Shown: piece after piece, positions 1 through 13,155 of the stretch
Layout of the letters: each line of letters opens with the position of its first letter
Position numbering within the stretch: the first letter of the stretch is position 1
Origin: Escherichia coli
GTDB taxonomy: Bacteria; Pseudomonadota; Gammaproteobacteria; Enterobacterales; Enterobacteriaceae
NCBI RefSeq assembly: GCF_003019035.1
Contig: NZ_CP027447.1
Direction: 5' to 3' (one strand)
DNA: 64,000 nucleotides
The notes under the pieces: generated by a model
What the model was told of the DNA's origin: nothing
Databases searched by the model: none
Seen by the model: only the letters and a program-made list of their open reading frames with translations
Position numbers and translations under genes: made by a program

Positions 1-19
1 CACGCAGAAAGAAAAGCGA

Positions 20-742
20 TCAAATTAAGCCAGTAGCGGCCGCGTAACAGGCCACCTGGGTCTTATTCGGTGCATTGATTTTTTTCTGCATGTTTTTCTG
101 ATGGAAATTGACCGTATTCTCAGAGATTGACAAAATCATCGCTATCTCTGCTGATGTCTTCCCTTCCGCCGTCCATTTCAGAATTTCTTTTTCGCGCTTG
201 CTGAAATTCATCTCTGGCGTCATCACTATTTCATCATTTAAACGCATTAGAGCCATCAGACTTTCGCGCACCAGTAACTGCATTTTTAATTGCAGTTCAT
301 CACTAAGAATGGGTATTTCGCGCGTGCTGCAACGGGAAAAGGACAAAAAGCCCAGCGCCCGATTTGGCAGCATTAAATACTGAGTGACACCGCGGCGTAA
401 ACCATGTGCGCGCGCAGCTTCCCATAACGGCTGTGCTTCGCTGAATAAGTCATCATTCCACATTAAATGGCCCTGACTAAAGTTTTCAGGGTTCAGCACA
501 GGATCAATTGCGAGAAAATTTTTTGCCTGATAATAACTAACCCACGACTCAGGGTAATTGGTGTAGAAAGCCACTTTAGGTCGCGTGAATGGTACCGGGT
601 GGCGAACACATAACGAATAGTAATCGTACTCCAGCTGCTGAGCCTGAAGCTCTATTTCATGGTAGACCTCTTCTGCGGCCTCCATCCTCTGAAAACGCAA
701 CAGCATCGTGCGAAGCCAGCTGAAAAAATCCGTATCCTGCAT
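20..742 (-). CDS. sdiA: LuxR-family quorum-sensing regulator SdiA
   Basis: ORF 20..754 translation recognised as SdiA; start trimmed to ATG at 742 (MQDTDFFSW), 240 aa. Confidence 0.93.
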   Translation of the reverse strand: MQDTDFFSWLRTMLLRFQRMEAAEEVYHEIELQAQQLEYDYYSLCVRHPVPFTRPKVAFYTNYPESWVSYYQAKNFLAIDPVLNPENFSQGHLMWNDDLFSEAQPLWEAARAHGLRRGVTQYLMLPNRALGFLSFSRCSTREIPILSDELQLKMQLLVRESLMALMRLNDEIVMTPEMNFSKREKEILKWTAEGKTSAEIAMILSISENTVNFHQKNMQKKINAPNKTQVACYAAATGLI

Positions 743-971
743 AGTAAACCGCAACGCCCCTGAGAGTGAGTATCATTTATAATGATAATTCAAACTATCA
801 CATAAATAAGATTTATATATAATTTATATTATTCAGGCAATGAATTACTTTTGCAAGCCATCGCATTCTCTTATGTTATTAATGAGTTATGCTGATTTGT
901 TAAGCAGTTTTATCACGTTTGAAGTGGCGCACCGCCCCGACTGGTGAATCGTCGGGGCTGATTTTTTCTTA

Positions 972-1724
972 TTATTGCAGCAGAAACTTCTCGAGGAACT
1001 GGCGGGTGCGAGGCTGCTGAGGATCGGCAAATAACGCTTTTGCTACCCCCTGCTCGACTATCCGCCCCTGGTCCATAAAAATCGCCCGGTCCGCAACATC
1101 CCGGGCAAAGCTCATTTCGTGCGTCACAATCACCATCGTGCGCTTTTCCTGCGCCAGCTGACGAATGGTGTTCAGGACTTCGCCCACCAGCTCTGGATCC
1201 AGCGCCGACGTTGGCTCATCAAACAAAATCACTTCAGGACGCATTGCCAGAGCACGCGCAATCGCAACGCGCTGCTGTTGACCGCCAGACAAACGACGTG
1301 GATAACTGGTTTCTTTACCGGCCAGCCCAACTTTCGCCAGCAGCTCGCGAGCGCGCGCCGTGGCCTCTTCTTTCGGTTCGCCTTTGACGATCACCGGCCC
1401 TTCAATAATGTTTTCCAGCACCGTACGATGCGGAAACAGATTAAAGTTCTGGAAGACAAACCCGACGTGCTGACGCAACTGGCGAATCAGCGATTTTTGC
1501 TGACTTAATGAACGTGCAGTATCAATAGTGATATCGCCAACGGTGATGGTTCCCGCTTCCGGTTGTTCCAGCAGATTTATGCTGCGTAGCAACGTGGTTT
1601 TGCCGGAACCACTTGGACCGATAATTGCCACTACTTCGCCAGGCTTTACCTCGAGGTCGATACCGTGCAGCACCGTCTGACCGTGGAATTTTTTCACCAG
1701 GTTCTTAACTTCAATGGCACTCAT
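972..1724 (-). CDS. tcyN: cystine ABC transporter ATP-binding protein
   Basis: 250 aa; Walker A GPSGSGKTT and ABC signature LSGGQQQR; adjacent to permease and dcyD. Confidence 0.93.
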   Translation of the reverse strand: MSAIEVKNLVKKFHGQTVLHGIDLEVKPGEVVAIIGPSGSGKTTLLRSINLLEQPEAGTITVGDITIDTARSLSQQKSLIRQLRQHVGFVFQNFNLFPHRTVLENIIEGPVIVKGEPKEEATARARELLAKVGLAGKETSYPRRLSGGQQQRVAIARALAMRPEVILFDEPTSALDPELVGEVLNTIRQLAQEKRTMVIVTHEMSFARDVADRAIFMDQGRIVEQGVAKALFADPQQPRTRQFLEKFLLQ

Positions 1725-2389
1725 TTGGGTTCCCTCTCCTGGCGATTAAGTTGATTCTCAAAATGGTTCTGCAACGTCGATAACACAGTCGCCATAATCC
1801 AGTAGATGAGCGAAGCCGCCAGGTACATGGTGAACACCTCCAGCGTGCGCGAGGTAATCAACTGCGCCTGACGGAACAGCTCCGGCACCTGGATTGTCGC
1901 GGCCAGCGACGTATCTTTTACCAGGCTGATAAAGCTGTTCGACAGCGGCGGCAACGCCACCCGCGCCGCCTGTGGCAAAATCGCGCGACGCATGGTCTGC
2001 CATGGCGTCATACCAATACTGGCTGCAGCTTCCCACTGACCTTTATCAATAGAAGAAATGGCGGCGCGCAGCGTTTCGGCAGCATAGGCGGCAGTGTTCA
2101 GCGACAGACCAATCATTGCTGACGGAATGGGATCTAGTTCGATGCCAAACTGCGGCAAGCCGTAATAGATCATAAACAGTTGTGCGATGAGTGGCGTACC
2201 ACGAAAAATAGAGATATAAAAACGCGCCAGCCAGCGCACGGGCCAGATTGGCGAAAGGCGCATCAGCGCGAGAATAAACCCTAGCAGTAAGCCAAAAAAC
2301 ATGCCGCCGATACTGAGTTGCAGCGTATACCCAGCCCCTTTCAGCAGGAACGGCAAGGAATCAATAACCAGTTGTATACTTTCTTGCAT
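1721..2389 (-). CDS. tcyL: cystine ABC transporter permease
   Basis: hydrophobic polar amino-acid permease-like protein; 4-nt overlap with tcyN; start trimmed to second ATG. Confidence 0.9.
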   Translation of the reverse strand: MQESIQLVIDSLPFLLKGAGYTLQLSIGGMFFGLLLGFILALMRLSPIWPVRWLARFYISIFRGTPLIAQLFMIYYGLPQFGIELDPIPSAMIGLSLNTAAYAAETLRAAISSIDKGQWEAAASIGMTPWQTMRRAILPQAARVALPPLSNSFISLVKDTSLAATIQVPELFRQAQLITSRTLEVFTMYLAASLIYWIMATVLSTLQNHFENQLNRQEREPK

Positions 2390-2403
2390 GAGCATTTCCG
2401 GAG

Positions 2404-4295
<1,892 letters not shown>

Positions 4296-4382
4296 ATTCA
4301 CCCCGAATGTTGTTATGTCTGTTTGCAGTGTAGAGCCATTGTTTGTAAACACAAAAACAACTCCGCTACATCTTATTCTTAT

Positions 4383-4934
4383 TTAATATATATCAGAAGC
4401 AGGCAGGCTGGAGGATTTCTGCACAAGTCCGGTACACGTTTGACGCTGATAGTGTTGATACTTCCGTAACGCGATGCGGTAATTGTTGGTGCTGGTGGAG
4501 GGCAGCCACGGGGCGAGGATTTCATCAAGGAAACCGTCCTGCAGCTGATCGAAGGAAATATTTTGCTCGTGTAGATGATTCCCCAAACGGCGCAGACGAA
4601 CGACATATTCACGCACCGTACCAGGGCTCATTTCAGTTTGCTCAAAAAGAAATTGCTTAAAGCCGATAATATCGAAAAAATCACTCTGCGTTTTGCAATG
4701 TAAATCACCGCAAAATCGGCACAATGCCGCCCATGATTGTTGTTCCACTTGCCAGCCGTTTTCATCAAGCAGCGTGTCCAGGCGGGAAATCTCGATTTTA
4801 TTCACTATCTTGCCGTCGCGAACGAGGGTAATGCGATCGAGTAATTTACGGCAATGCGCGCAATGGGTCTGGCTGTGTTTAAAGTCTTTAAGATAGCGGC
4901 TTAATGGCCGTCTTTTCAGGTGCTGCACCATCAT
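4383..4934 (-). CDS. fliZ: flagellar regulator FliZ
   Basis: translation recognised as FliZ; sits downstream of fliA; start trimmed to MMVQHLKRRPL. Confidence 0.9.
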   Translation of the reverse strand: MMVQHLKRRPLSRYLKDFKHSQTHCAHCRKLLDRITLVRDGKIVNKIEISRLDTLLDENGWQVEQQSWAALCRFCGDLHCKTQSDFFDIIGFKQFLFEQTEMSPGTVREYVVRLRRLGNHLHEQNISFDQLQDGFLDEILAPWLPSTSTNNYRIALRKYQHYQRQTCTGLVQKSSSLPASDIY

Positions 4935-4979
4935 TAAGAACTCCTGGTAGTCAAAATTAAAGTGCGGCATTTACTGACG

Positions 4980-5699
4980 TTATAACTTACCCAGTTTAGT
5001 GCGTAACCGTTTAATGGCCTGACTGTGTAACTGACTGACCCGCGATTCCCCGACCTCCAGCACCGCGCCAATCTCTTTGAGATTCAGCTCTTCCTGGTAA
5101 TAGAGGGTTAATACCAGTTTTTCGCGCTCCGGCAACGTTTCGATAGCTTCCATCACCCGCTGGCGCAGATTACTGTCCAGCAGTTGTTGTAGCGGGTTTT
5201 CTCGCTGATGATCATCAGTAACCAGTTCGATGCTATCGCCGTGCTCTTCGCGCCACTCATCGTAGGAGAAGAGCTGGCTGTTATTGGTGTCGAGCAACAT
5301 TTGGCGATAATCGGCAATATCGATCCCTAAACGTTCCGCAACCTCAGTTTCCGTGGCGTTGCGGCCAAGTTCCTGCTCCAGTTGCCCTATTGCCTGTGCC
5401 ACTTCACGCGCGTTGCGTCGCACGCTGCGCGGCACCCAGTCACGGCTGCGAAGTTCATCCAGCATAGCGCCACGGATACGCTGCACTGCGTAAGTTGTAA
5501 ATGCCGTTCCTTGTAGGGCGTCATAGCGTTCGACGGCATTAAGTAACCCAATGCCGCCCGCCTGTAGCAGATCGTCAAGTTCCACGCTCGCGGGCAGTCG
5601 AACCTGCAGGCGCAATGCTTCGTGACGCACCAGCGGGACATAACGCTGCCACAGCGAGTGTTTATCCATTACACCTTCAGCGGTATAGAGTGAATTCAC
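4980..5699 (-). CDS. fliA: RNA polymerase sigma-28 factor FliA
   Basis: 239 aa sigma-70-family protein recognised as FliA. Confidence 0.95.
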   Translation of the reverse strand: MNSLYTAEGVMDKHSLWQRYVPLVRHEALRLQVRLPASVELDDLLQAGGIGLLNAVERYDALQGTAFTTYAVQRIRGAMLDELRSRDWVPRSVRRNAREVAQAIGQLEQELGRNATETEVAERLGIDIADYRQMLLDTNNSQLFSYDEWREEHGDSIELVTDDHQRENPLQQLLDSNLRQRVMEAIETLPEREKLVLTLYYQEELNLKEIGAVLEVGESRVSQLHSQAIKRLRTKLGKL

Positions 5700-5821
5700 G
5701 ATAAACAGCCCTGCGTTATATGAGTTATCGGCATGATTATCCGTTTCTGCAGGGTTTTTAATCGGACGATTAGTGGGTGAAATGAGGGGTTATTTGGGGG
5801 TTATCGGTAAATTGCGGACAG

Positions 5822-5844
5822 AAAAAACCCCGCCGGTGGCGGGG
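5822..5844 (-). terminator. intrinsic terminator ending the fliC transcript
   Basis: GC hairpin ccccgccggtggcgggg followed by a T-run on the minus strand. Confidence 0.6.
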
Positions 5845-5876
5845 AAGCACGTTGCTGACAAATTACCATTCATGTT

Positions 5877-5977
<101 letters not shown>

Positions 5978-6018
5978 TTTGGCGTTGCCGTCAGTCTCAG
6001 TTAATCAGGTTACGACGA

Positions 6019-7299
6019 TTAACCCTGCAGCAGAGACAGAACCTGCTGCGGTACCTGGTTAGCTTTGGACAGCACGGAGTTACCTGCCTGCTGGATGATC
6101 TGCGCTTTCGACATGTTGGACACTTCGGTCGCATAGTCGGCGTCCTGAATACGGGACTGCGCTTCGGACAGGTTGGTAGTGGTGTTGTTCAGGTTGGTGA
6201 CTGCGGAATCCAGACGGTTTTGAACGGCACCGAGGGAGGAGCGGAAAGTATCAACCTGTGCAATAGCTTTGTCTAAAAGTGCCAGTGGATCAGCAGTGGA
6301 AGCCCCAGTAAATTCATCAGCCGTATCCAGATCAATGGTCTGAGCAATATCGGTTGGTGCAGCAGTGGACTGGTTTTTTACACCATCTGTAATTTCATAA
6401 TTCTTACCCTGAACGGTAGCGAAACCAACGGCCTCTCCGTCAGAATTAGCAGCAACTTTAATCAACGTATCATCTTTGGTAGCGCCGGTAATATCACCGC
6501 CTGAATAAGTAATATCCGTTTTATTAAGAGTTACAGTCCCGTCATCTGCAACAGATGCAGCGTAATTATCACTACCATAGCTAACAACATAGTTCTCAGT
6601 TGCCGCACCATCTTTGTCTAAGATATTGTGCAACGTTAAAGAACTTGCATTAACCTTTTGCCCCAAAGCAGTACCAATATCTGTTGCTGCTGCATCCAGA
6701 TCCACTTTAACTGGCGCGGCTGAACCATCGCCGACCTGCGTCACTGTATCGCTTAATTTTAGCGCCCCACCGGCAACACTAAAACCACTTAAACCAAGGG
6801 CAGAAGAGTCTATTTTCTGCAAATCGATAGAGATGGTCTGCCCATCATTCGCGCCAACCTGAATATTCAGAGAACCGTTTTTAGCCAGCACGTTCACGCC
6901 GTTGAACTGGGTCTGACCAGAGACACGATCGATTTCAGCCAAGCGGGATTTGATTTCGTCCTGGATTGAAGACAGGTCGGAATCAGAGTTGGTACCAGTG
7001 GTTGCCTGCACAGTCAATTCACGAACACGCTGCAGGTTGTTGTTGATTTCAGACAGTGCGCCTTCAGTGGTCTGCGCCAGAGAGATACCGTCGTTGGCGT
7101 TACGTGCGGCCTGAGTCAGACCTTTGATGTTAGAAGTGAAGCGGTTAGCAATCGCCTGGCCCGCAGCGTCATCTTTAGCGCTGTTAATGCGCAGACCAGA
7201 AGAGAGGCGCTCGATAGAAGTCGACAGCGCAGACTGGTTTTTGTTGATGTTGTTCTGAGTGATCAGCGAGAGGCTGTTGGTATTAATGACTTGTGCCAT
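6019..7299 (-). CDS. fliC: flagellin
   Basis: conserved flagellin N terminus MAQVINTNSLSLITQNN and C terminus SKANQVPQQVLSLLQG with a divergent central domain; 426 aa from ATG at 7299 (ORF-track start 7320 is TTG). Confidence 0.95.
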   Translation of the reverse strand: MAQVINTNSLSLITQNNINKNQSALSTSIERLSSGLRINSAKDDAAGQAIANRFTSNIKGLTQAARNANDGISLAQTTEGALSEINNNLQRVRELTVQATTGTNSDSDLSSIQDEIKSRLAEIDRVSGQTQFNGVNVLAKNGSLNIQVGANDGQTISIDLQKIDSSALGLSGFSVAGGALKLSDTVTQVGDGSAAPVKVDLDAAATDIGTALGQKVNASSLTLHNILDKDGAATENYVVSYGSDNYAASVADDGTVTLNKTDITYSGGDITGATKDDTLIKVAANSDGEAVGFATVQGKNYEITDGVKNQSTAAPTDIAQTIDLDTADEFTGASTADPLALLDKAIAQVDTFRSSLGAVQNRLDSAVTNLNNTTTNLSEAQSRIQDADYATEVSNMSKAQIIQQAGNSVLSKANQVPQQVLSLLQG

Positions 7300-7375
7300 G
7301 ATTTCTTTTCCTGTTTTCAAGTCTACGGTTTAAGTATTGGGCTTCCACCCTTCGGCTTCGTCGCCGTCAACCCTG

Positions 7376-7402
7376 TTATCGTCTGGTCACTCACAACCTT
7401 TA
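7376..7402 (-). promoter_or_regulatory. sigma-28 promoter of fliC
   Basis: minus-strand TAAAGGTT-N11-GACGATAA versus consensus TAAAGTTT-N11-GCCGATAA. Confidence 0.6.
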
Positions 7403-7475
7403 GAATTTTTTTCTAGCGGTCGAAATACTCCCCTTCCTCGTTGCTGTTCGTGTCATTAAACCAAAAAATAAATCG

Positions 7476-7502
7476 TAAACTTTGCCCCGCTTACGCCGAT
7501 AA
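7476..7502 (+). promoter_or_regulatory. sigma-28 promoter of fliDST
   Basis: TAAACTTT-N11-GCCGATAA about 45 nt upstream of fliD. Confidence 0.7.
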
Positions 7503-7544
7503 CCTCGATATTCGTTCTATACGTCGCATGATTAAGGAATCTAT

Positions 7545-8960
7545 ATGGCTAGTATTTCAACGCTTGGGGTTGGGTCGGGGCTGGACTTAAGCAGCATCCT
7601 TGACAGTCTGGAAGCGGCAGAAAAATCTACCCTGACGCCGATATCAAAACAGCAAAGCTCTTATACCGCGAAACTGAGCGCCTACGGGACGCTGAAAAGC
7701 GCACTAGAGAGCTTCCAGACAGCCAACACAGCACTGAACAAAGCCGATTTATTTACCGCCACCTCAACTACCAGCAGTTCATCGGCTTTCAGCGCCACCA
7801 CCACGGGCAGCGCGATTGCCGGGAAATACACCATTAGCGTTAGCCAACTGGCGCAGGCACAGACGCTGACCACCCAAAATAGTCAAAAAGACAGTAAAGC
7901 TGCCATCGCCACCAGCGATAGCGTACTAACCATCCAGCAAGGTGGCGGTAAAGATCCGGTCACGATTGATATCAGCGCGGCTAACTCGTCACTTTCCGGC
8001 ATTCGCGATGCCATTAACAACGCCAAAGCTGGTGTCAGCGCCAGTATCATCCATGTGGGTAACGGCGAGTATCGTCTGTCCATCACTGCTAACGATACGG
8101 GCAGCGATAACGCTATGAAACTTAGCGTCAGCGGCGACAGCGCCCTGGAAAGTTTTATGGGTTACAACGGAACGTCGGGTGATAGCAGCAATGGCATGAT
8201 TGAAAGCGTCACTGCGCAAAACGCCAAACTGACAGTCAATAACGTTGAGATTGAAAACAGCAGTAACACTATCAGCGACGCGCTGGAAGATATCACCCTC
8301 AACCTGAATGACGTCACCACCGGTAATCAGACACTGACCATCAGTAAAGACACATCCAAAGCTGAAAATGCGGTTAAAGCGTGGGTGGATGCCTATAACT
8401 CATTGCAGGATACGTTCAGCAGCTTAACCAAATACACCGCTGTCGATGCCGGAGCAGAGAGTCAGGACTCCAGCAATGGCGCATTACTCGGTGACTCCAC
8501 ACTGCGTACCATCCAGACTCAGCTTAAAACCTTGCTCGCCAATACTCACAGCAGTTCAAACTATAAAACGCTGGCACAGATTGGCATTACCAGCGATGCC
8601 AGTACCGGCAAGCTGGAAATCGCGACCGACAAACTGCAAACGGCGCTAAAAAAAGATGCCGCTGGCATCAGTGAAATGTTTATAGGTGACGGTAAAAGTA
8701 CAGGGGTAACCACCGGCATTAGTAGCAACCTAACCAGTTGGCTCTCTTCCACCGGGATAATCCAGGCCGCAAAAGATGGCGTCAGCAAAACGCTGAATAA
8801 TTTGACCGACCAGTACAACGCAGCCAGTGAGCGTATCGATACCTTAATGACGCGCTATAAAGCCCAGTTCACCCAATTAGATGTGTTAATGAACTCGCTT
8901 AACTCCACCAGTAGCTATCTGACACAGCAATTCGACACATCAAATAGCAACTCGAAATAA
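7545..8960 (+). CDS. fliD: flagellar filament cap protein
   Basis: 471 aa, recognised as FliD; divergent from fliC. Confidence 0.95.
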   Translation: MASISTLGVGSGLDLSSILDSLEAAEKSTLTPISKQQSSYTAKLSAYGTLKSALESFQTANTALNKADLFTATSTTSSSSAFSATTTGSAIAGKYTISVSQLAQAQTLTTQNSQKDSKAAIATSDSVLTIQQGGGKDPVTIDISAANSSLSGIRDAINNAKAGVSASIIHVGNGEYRLSITANDTGSDNAMKLSVSGDSALESFMGYNGTSGDSSNGMIESVTAQNAKLTVNNVEIENSSNTISDALEDITLNLNDVTTGNQTLTISKDTSKAENAVKAWVDAYNSLQDTFSSLTKYTAVDAGAESQDSSNGALLGDSTLRTIQTQLKTLLANTHSSSNYKTLAQIGITSDASTGKLEIATDKLQTALKKDAAGISEMFIGDGKSTGVTTGISSNLTSWLSSTGIIQAAKDGVSKTLNNLTDQYNAASERIDTLMTRYKAQFTQLDVLMNSLNSTSSYLTQQFDTSNSNSK

Positions 8961-8975
8961 TCTTCAGGAGAAACT

Positions 8976-9386
8976 ATGTACGCGGCAAAAGGCACCCAGG
9001 CCTATGCACAAATTGGCGTCGAAAGCGCCGTAATGAGCGCCAGCCAACAGCAGCTGGTCACCATGCTATTTGATGGAGTGCTGAGCGCACTGGTTAGAGC
9101 GCGCCTGTTTATGCAGGACAACAATCAGCAAGGCAAAGGCGTCTCTTTATCAAAAGCGATCAACATCATTGAGAACGGGCTGCGGGTGAGTCTTGATGAA
9201 GAGAGCAAAGACGAATTAACCCAAAACTTGATTGCTCTTTATAGCTATATGGTCAGGCGTTTGCTGCAAGCCAATTTACGCAACGATGTCTCCGCAGTCG
9301 AAGAAGTGGAAGCATTAATGCGCAATATTGCCGATGCCTGGAAAGAGTCTTTACTCTCCCCTTCTTTGATTCAGGACCCAGTCTGA
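8976..9386 (+). CDS. fliS: flagellin export chaperone
   Basis: 136 aa, recognised as FliS. Confidence 0.95.
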   Translation: MYAAKGTQAYAQIGVESAVMSASQQQLVTMLFDGVLSALVRARLFMQDNNQQGKGVSLSKAINIIENGLRVSLDEESKDELTQNLIALYSYMVRRLLQANLRNDVSAVEEVEALMRNIADAWKESLLSPSLIQDPV

Positions 9387-9751
9387 TGAACCACGCACCG
9401 CATTTGTATTTCGCCTGGCAACAACTCGTCGAAAAAAGCCAGCTCATGTTACGCCTGGCAACGGAAGAACAATGGGACGAACTCATCGCCAGCGAAATGG
9501 CGTATGTGAATGCGGTGCAGGAGATTGCACATCTGACTGAAGAGATTGACCCGTCCATCACGATGCAGGAGCAGCTCCGCCCGATGCTGCGCCTGATTCT
9601 CGACAACGAAAGCAAGGTAAAGCAGTTATTACAGATTCGGATGGATGAACTGGCGAAACTGGTCGGTCAGTCATCGGTGCAAAAATCGGTGTTAAGTGCC
9701 TATGGCGATCAGGGCGGCTTTGTGCTGGCTCCGCAAGATAACTTCTCGTGA
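9386..9751 (+). CDS. fliT: FliD chaperone / anti-FlhDC factor
   Basis: 121 aa; start overlaps fliS stop. Confidence 0.93.
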   Translation: MNHAPHLYFAWQQLVEKSQLMLRLATEEQWDELIASEMAYVNAVQEIAHLTEEIDPSITMQEQLRPMLRLILDNESKVKQLLQIRMDELAKLVGQSSVQKSVLSAYGDQGGFVLAPQDNFS

Positions 9752-9828
9752 ATCTTAACGAGCTAATGGCTCGCGAATAATCCGATTACGGCTACGCTTC
9801 TAATGTTCCCCTTGAATGGAGTCGAAGA

Positions 9829-11316
9829 ATGCGTAATCCCACGCTGTTACAATGCTTTCACTGGTATTACCCGGAAGGAGGTAAGCTCTGGCCTGAACTG
9901 GCAGAGCGCGCCGACGGTTTTAATGATATTGGTATCAATATGGTCTGGTTACCGCCAGCCTATAAAGGCGCATCGGGCGGGTACTCGGTCGGCTACGACT
10001 CCTATGATTTATTTGATTTAGGCGAGTTTGATCAGAAAGGCAGCATCCCTACTAAATATGGCGATAAAGCACAACTGCTGGCCGCCATTGACGCCCTGAA
10101 ACGTAATGACATTGCGGTGCTACTGGACGTGGTAGTCAACCACAAAATGGGGGCGGATGAAAAAGAAGCTATTCGCGTGCAACGTGTAAATGCTGATGAC
10201 CGTACGCAAATTGACGAAGAAATCATTGAGTGCGAAGGCTGGACGCGTTACACCTTCCCCGCCCGTGCCGGGCAATACTCGCAGTTTATCTGGGATTTCA
10301 AATGTTTTAGCGGTATCGACCATATCGAAAATCCTGATGAAGATGGCATATTTAAAATTGTTAACGACTACACCGGCGAAGGCTGGAACGATCAGGTTGA
10401 TGATGAACTCGGTAATTTCGATTATCTGATGGGTGAGAATATCGATTTCCGCAATCATGCCGTGACGGAAGAGATTAAATACTGGGCGCGCTGGGTGATG
10501 GAACAAACGCAATGCGACGGTTTTCGTCTTGATGCGGTCAAACATATTCCGGCGTGGTTTTATAAAGAGTGGATCGAACACGTACAAGAAGTTGCACCAA
10601 AGCCGCTGTTTATTGTGGCTGAATACTGGTCGCATGAAGTCGATAAGCTGCAAACGTATATTGATCAGGTGGAAGGCAAAACCATGCTGTTTGATGCGCC
10701 GCTGCAGATGAAATTCCATGAAGCATCGCGCATGGGGCGCGACTACGACATGACGCAGATTTTCACGGGTACATTAGTGGAAGCCGATCCTTTCCACGCC
10801 GTGACCCTCGTCGCCAATCACGATACCCAACCGTTGCAAGCTCTCGAAGCGCCGGTCGAACCGTGGTTTAAACCGCTGGCGTATGCTCTAATTTTGTTGC
10901 GGGAAAATGGCGTTCCTTCGGTGTTCTATCCGGACCTCTACGGTGCGCATTACGAAGATGTCGGTGGTGACGGGCAAACCTATCCGATAGATATGCCAAT
11001 AATCGAACAGCTTGATGAGTTAATTCTCGCCCGTCAGCGTTTCGCCCACGGTGTACAGACGTTATTTTTCGACCATCCGAACTGCATTGCCTTTAGCCGC
11101 AGTGGCACTGACGAATATCCCGGCTGCGTGGTGGTCATGTCGAACGGGGATGATGGCGAAAAAACCATTCATCTGGGAGAGAATTACGGCAATAAAACCT
11201 GGCGTGATTTTCTGGGGAACCGGCAAGAGAGCGTAGTGACCGACGAAAACGGCGAAGCAACCTTCTTTTGCAACGGCGGCAGCGTCAGCGTGTGGGTTAT
11301 CGAAGAGGTGATTTAA
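9829..11316 (+). CDS. amyA: cytoplasmic alpha-amylase
   Basis: 495 aa glycoside hydrolase family 13 protein. Confidence 0.95.
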   Translation: MRNPTLLQCFHWYYPEGGKLWPELAERADGFNDIGINMVWLPPAYKGASGGYSVGYDSYDLFDLGEFDQKGSIPTKYGDKAQLLAAIDALKRNDIAVLLDVVVNHKMGADEKEAIRVQRVNADDRTQIDEEIIECEGWTRYTFPARAGQYSQFIWDFKCFSGIDHIENPDEDGIFKIVNDYTGEGWNDQVDDELGNFDYLMGENIDFRNHAVTEEIKYWARWVMEQTQCDGFRLDAVKHIPAWFYKEWIEHVQEVAPKPLFIVAEYWSHEVDKLQTYIDQVEGKTMLFDAPLQMKFHEASRMGRDYDMTQIFTGTLVEADPFHAVTLVANHDTQPLQALEAPVEPWFKPLAYALILLRENGVPSVFYPDLYGAHYEDVGGDGQTYPIDMPIIEQLDELILARQRFAHGVQTLFFDHPNCIAFSRSGTDEYPGCVVVMSNGDDGEKTIHLGENYGNKTWRDFLGNRQESVVTDENGEATFFCNGGSVSVWVIEEVI

Positions 11317-11349
11317 ATTCATCCCCGGCGGCAAGCCGGGGAGATTTCA

Positions 11350-11763
11350 TTACGGCAGTGGCGTCGGTAACGGCGCTTTATCCAGCGCGGCGGCACACTC
11401 TGCCGTCGGGCGATCCACACGCTCCATCGTCATACCATCGTACTCAATGGTGTTACCGTCACGCTCAACCTCGTACAGCTCACGTTTTACGGTAACGTTA
11501 GTGAGATCATCAGACATCAATGTCAACTTACCCGGCACAGCAATCACCCGCTGCCACTGACGGCAATCCAGAGTATCGCCCTCTTTAGTGACAATCAGGC
11601 TGCCTATCGCTTCCGGACTGACCAGCGCACGTTGCGGCCCTTTGGTCTGCCAGTAGCCCGCCAGCCAGTCCGGCGCGGGGGTTTTCACGACATTGTTATA
11701 GTTTTCGACTTCGGCACAGCCCGCCAGCAACATGAGCGCGCCTGCAATTGCGAGTTTTTTCAT
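11350..11763 (-). CDS. yedD: lipoprotein YedD
   Basis: lipobox LLAGC signal; start trimmed to MKKLAIAG. Confidence 0.9.
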   Translation of the reverse strand: MKKLAIAGALMLLAGCAEVENYNNVVKTPAPDWLAGYWQTKGPQRALVSPEAIGSLIVTKEGDTLDCRQWQRVIAVPGKLTLMSDDLTNVTVKRELYEVERDGNTIEYDGMTMERVDRPTAECAAALDKAPLPTPLP

Positions 11764-11949
11764 CATTCGTCCTGCATGAGAAGAAAAGAGGATTGTGGCA
11801 TTAAAGCCCTGATGTCGCCAGCCTTTCCAGGTTCAGAGAGAAATTTGATCTAACTATTATTTTTGTGAATTATTACCCCGAAAATAAATGTGCATGATGT
11901 ATGATTCGCGACTCTTGTTTCAAACCTTCTGAGTTCAGAGGCTACATTC

Positions 11950-13155
11950 ATGTCATGGCAGCAATTCAAACACGCCTGGTTGATTAAATTCTGGGCACCC
12001 ATCCCTGCGGTCATCGCGGCGGGTATTCTCTCCACTTACTATTTTGGCATTACTGGCACCTTTTGGGCTGTCACGGGTGAATTTACCCGTTGGGGCGGTC
12101 AGCTCCTGCAGCTGTTTGGCGTCCATGCTGAAGAGTGGGGTTATTTTAAAATTATCCATCTGGAAGGATCGCCATTAACCCGCATCGACGGGATGATGAT
12201 CCTCGGTATGTTTGGCGGCTGCTTTGCCGCAGCGCTGTGGGCCAACAATGTCAAACTACGCATGCCGCGCAGCCGTATCCGCATTATGCAGGCCATCATT
12301 GGCGGCATTATCGCCGGTTTTGGCGCGCGTCTGGCAATGGGCTGTAACCTGGCGGCGTTCTTTACCGGCATTCCTCAGTTCTCGCTGCATGCCTGGTTCT
12401 TTGCCATCGCCACTGCCATTGGTTCATGGTTTGGCGCGCGCTTTACCCTGCTGCCCATCTTCCGTATTCCCGTGAAAATGCAGAAAGTTTCTGCCGCCTC
12501 GCCGCTGACGCAAAAACCGGATCAGGCGCGGCGTCGTTTTCGTCTCGGGATGCTGGTCTTTTTCGGCATGCTGGGCTGGGCGCTGCTGACGGCGATGAAC
12601 CAGCCCAAACTGGGGCTGGCAATGCTGTTTGGCGTCGGCTTTGGTTTACTGATTGAACGTGCGCAAATCTGCTTTACTTCGGCGTTCCGCGATATGTGGA
12701 TCACCGGACGTACCCATATGGCGAAAGCAATCATTATCGGTATGGCGGTAAGTGCCATCGGGATCTTCAGTTACGTACAGTTAGGCGTTGAACCCAAAAT
12801 CATGTGGGCAGGACCAAACGCGGTAATTGGTGGTTTACTGTTTGGTTTTGGCATCGTGCTGGCAGGCGGCTGCGAAACCGGCTGGATGTACCGCGCGGTA
12901 GAAGGCCAGGTGCACTACTGGTGGGTCGGTCTGGGCAACGTGATCGGCTCAACGATTCTGGCGTATTACTGGGATGATTTCGCTCCGGCGCTGGCCACCG
13001 ACTGGGACAAAATCAACCTGCTAAAAACCTTTGGTCCGATGGGTGGCCTGCTGGTGACATATTTGCTGTTGTTTGCAGCTCTAATGTTGATTATCGGCTG
13101 GGAAAAACGCTTCTTCCGCCGTGCGGCACCGCAGACTGCTAAGGAGATCGCATGA
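11950..13155 (+). CDS. yedE: YedE/YeeE-family inner membrane transporter (selenium/sulfur-compound related)
   Basis: 401 aa polytopic membrane protein; followed by overlapping yedF. Confidence 0.93.
   Translation: MSWQQFKHAWLIKFWAPIPAVIAAGILSTYYFGITGTFWAVTGEFTRWGGQLLQLFGVHAEEWGYFKIIHLEGSPLTRIDGMMILGMFGGCFAAALWANNVKLRMPRSRIRIMQAIIGGIIAGFGARLAMGCNLAAFFTGIPQFSLHAWFFAIATAIGSWFGARFTLLPIFRIPVKMQKVSAASPLTQKPDQARRRFRLGMLVFFGMLGWALLTAMNQPKLGLAMLFGVGFGLLIERAQICFTSAFRDMWITGRTHMAKAIIIGMAVSAIGIFSYVQLGVEPKIMWAGPNAVIGGLLFGFGIVLAGGCETGWMYRAVEGQVHYWWVGLGNVIGSTILAYYWDDFAPALATDWDKINLLKTFGPMGGLLVTYLLLFAALMLIIGWEKRFFRRAAPQTAKEIA

Noticed and set aside
755-971. Plus-strand hairpin plus T-run and 37-codon ORF between sdiA and tcyN
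   Set aside because: No SD or promoter evident; the hairpin more likely belongs to the convergent/divergent gene boundaries.
10120-10719. 199-aa minus-strand ORF
   Set aside because: Antisense within amyA.
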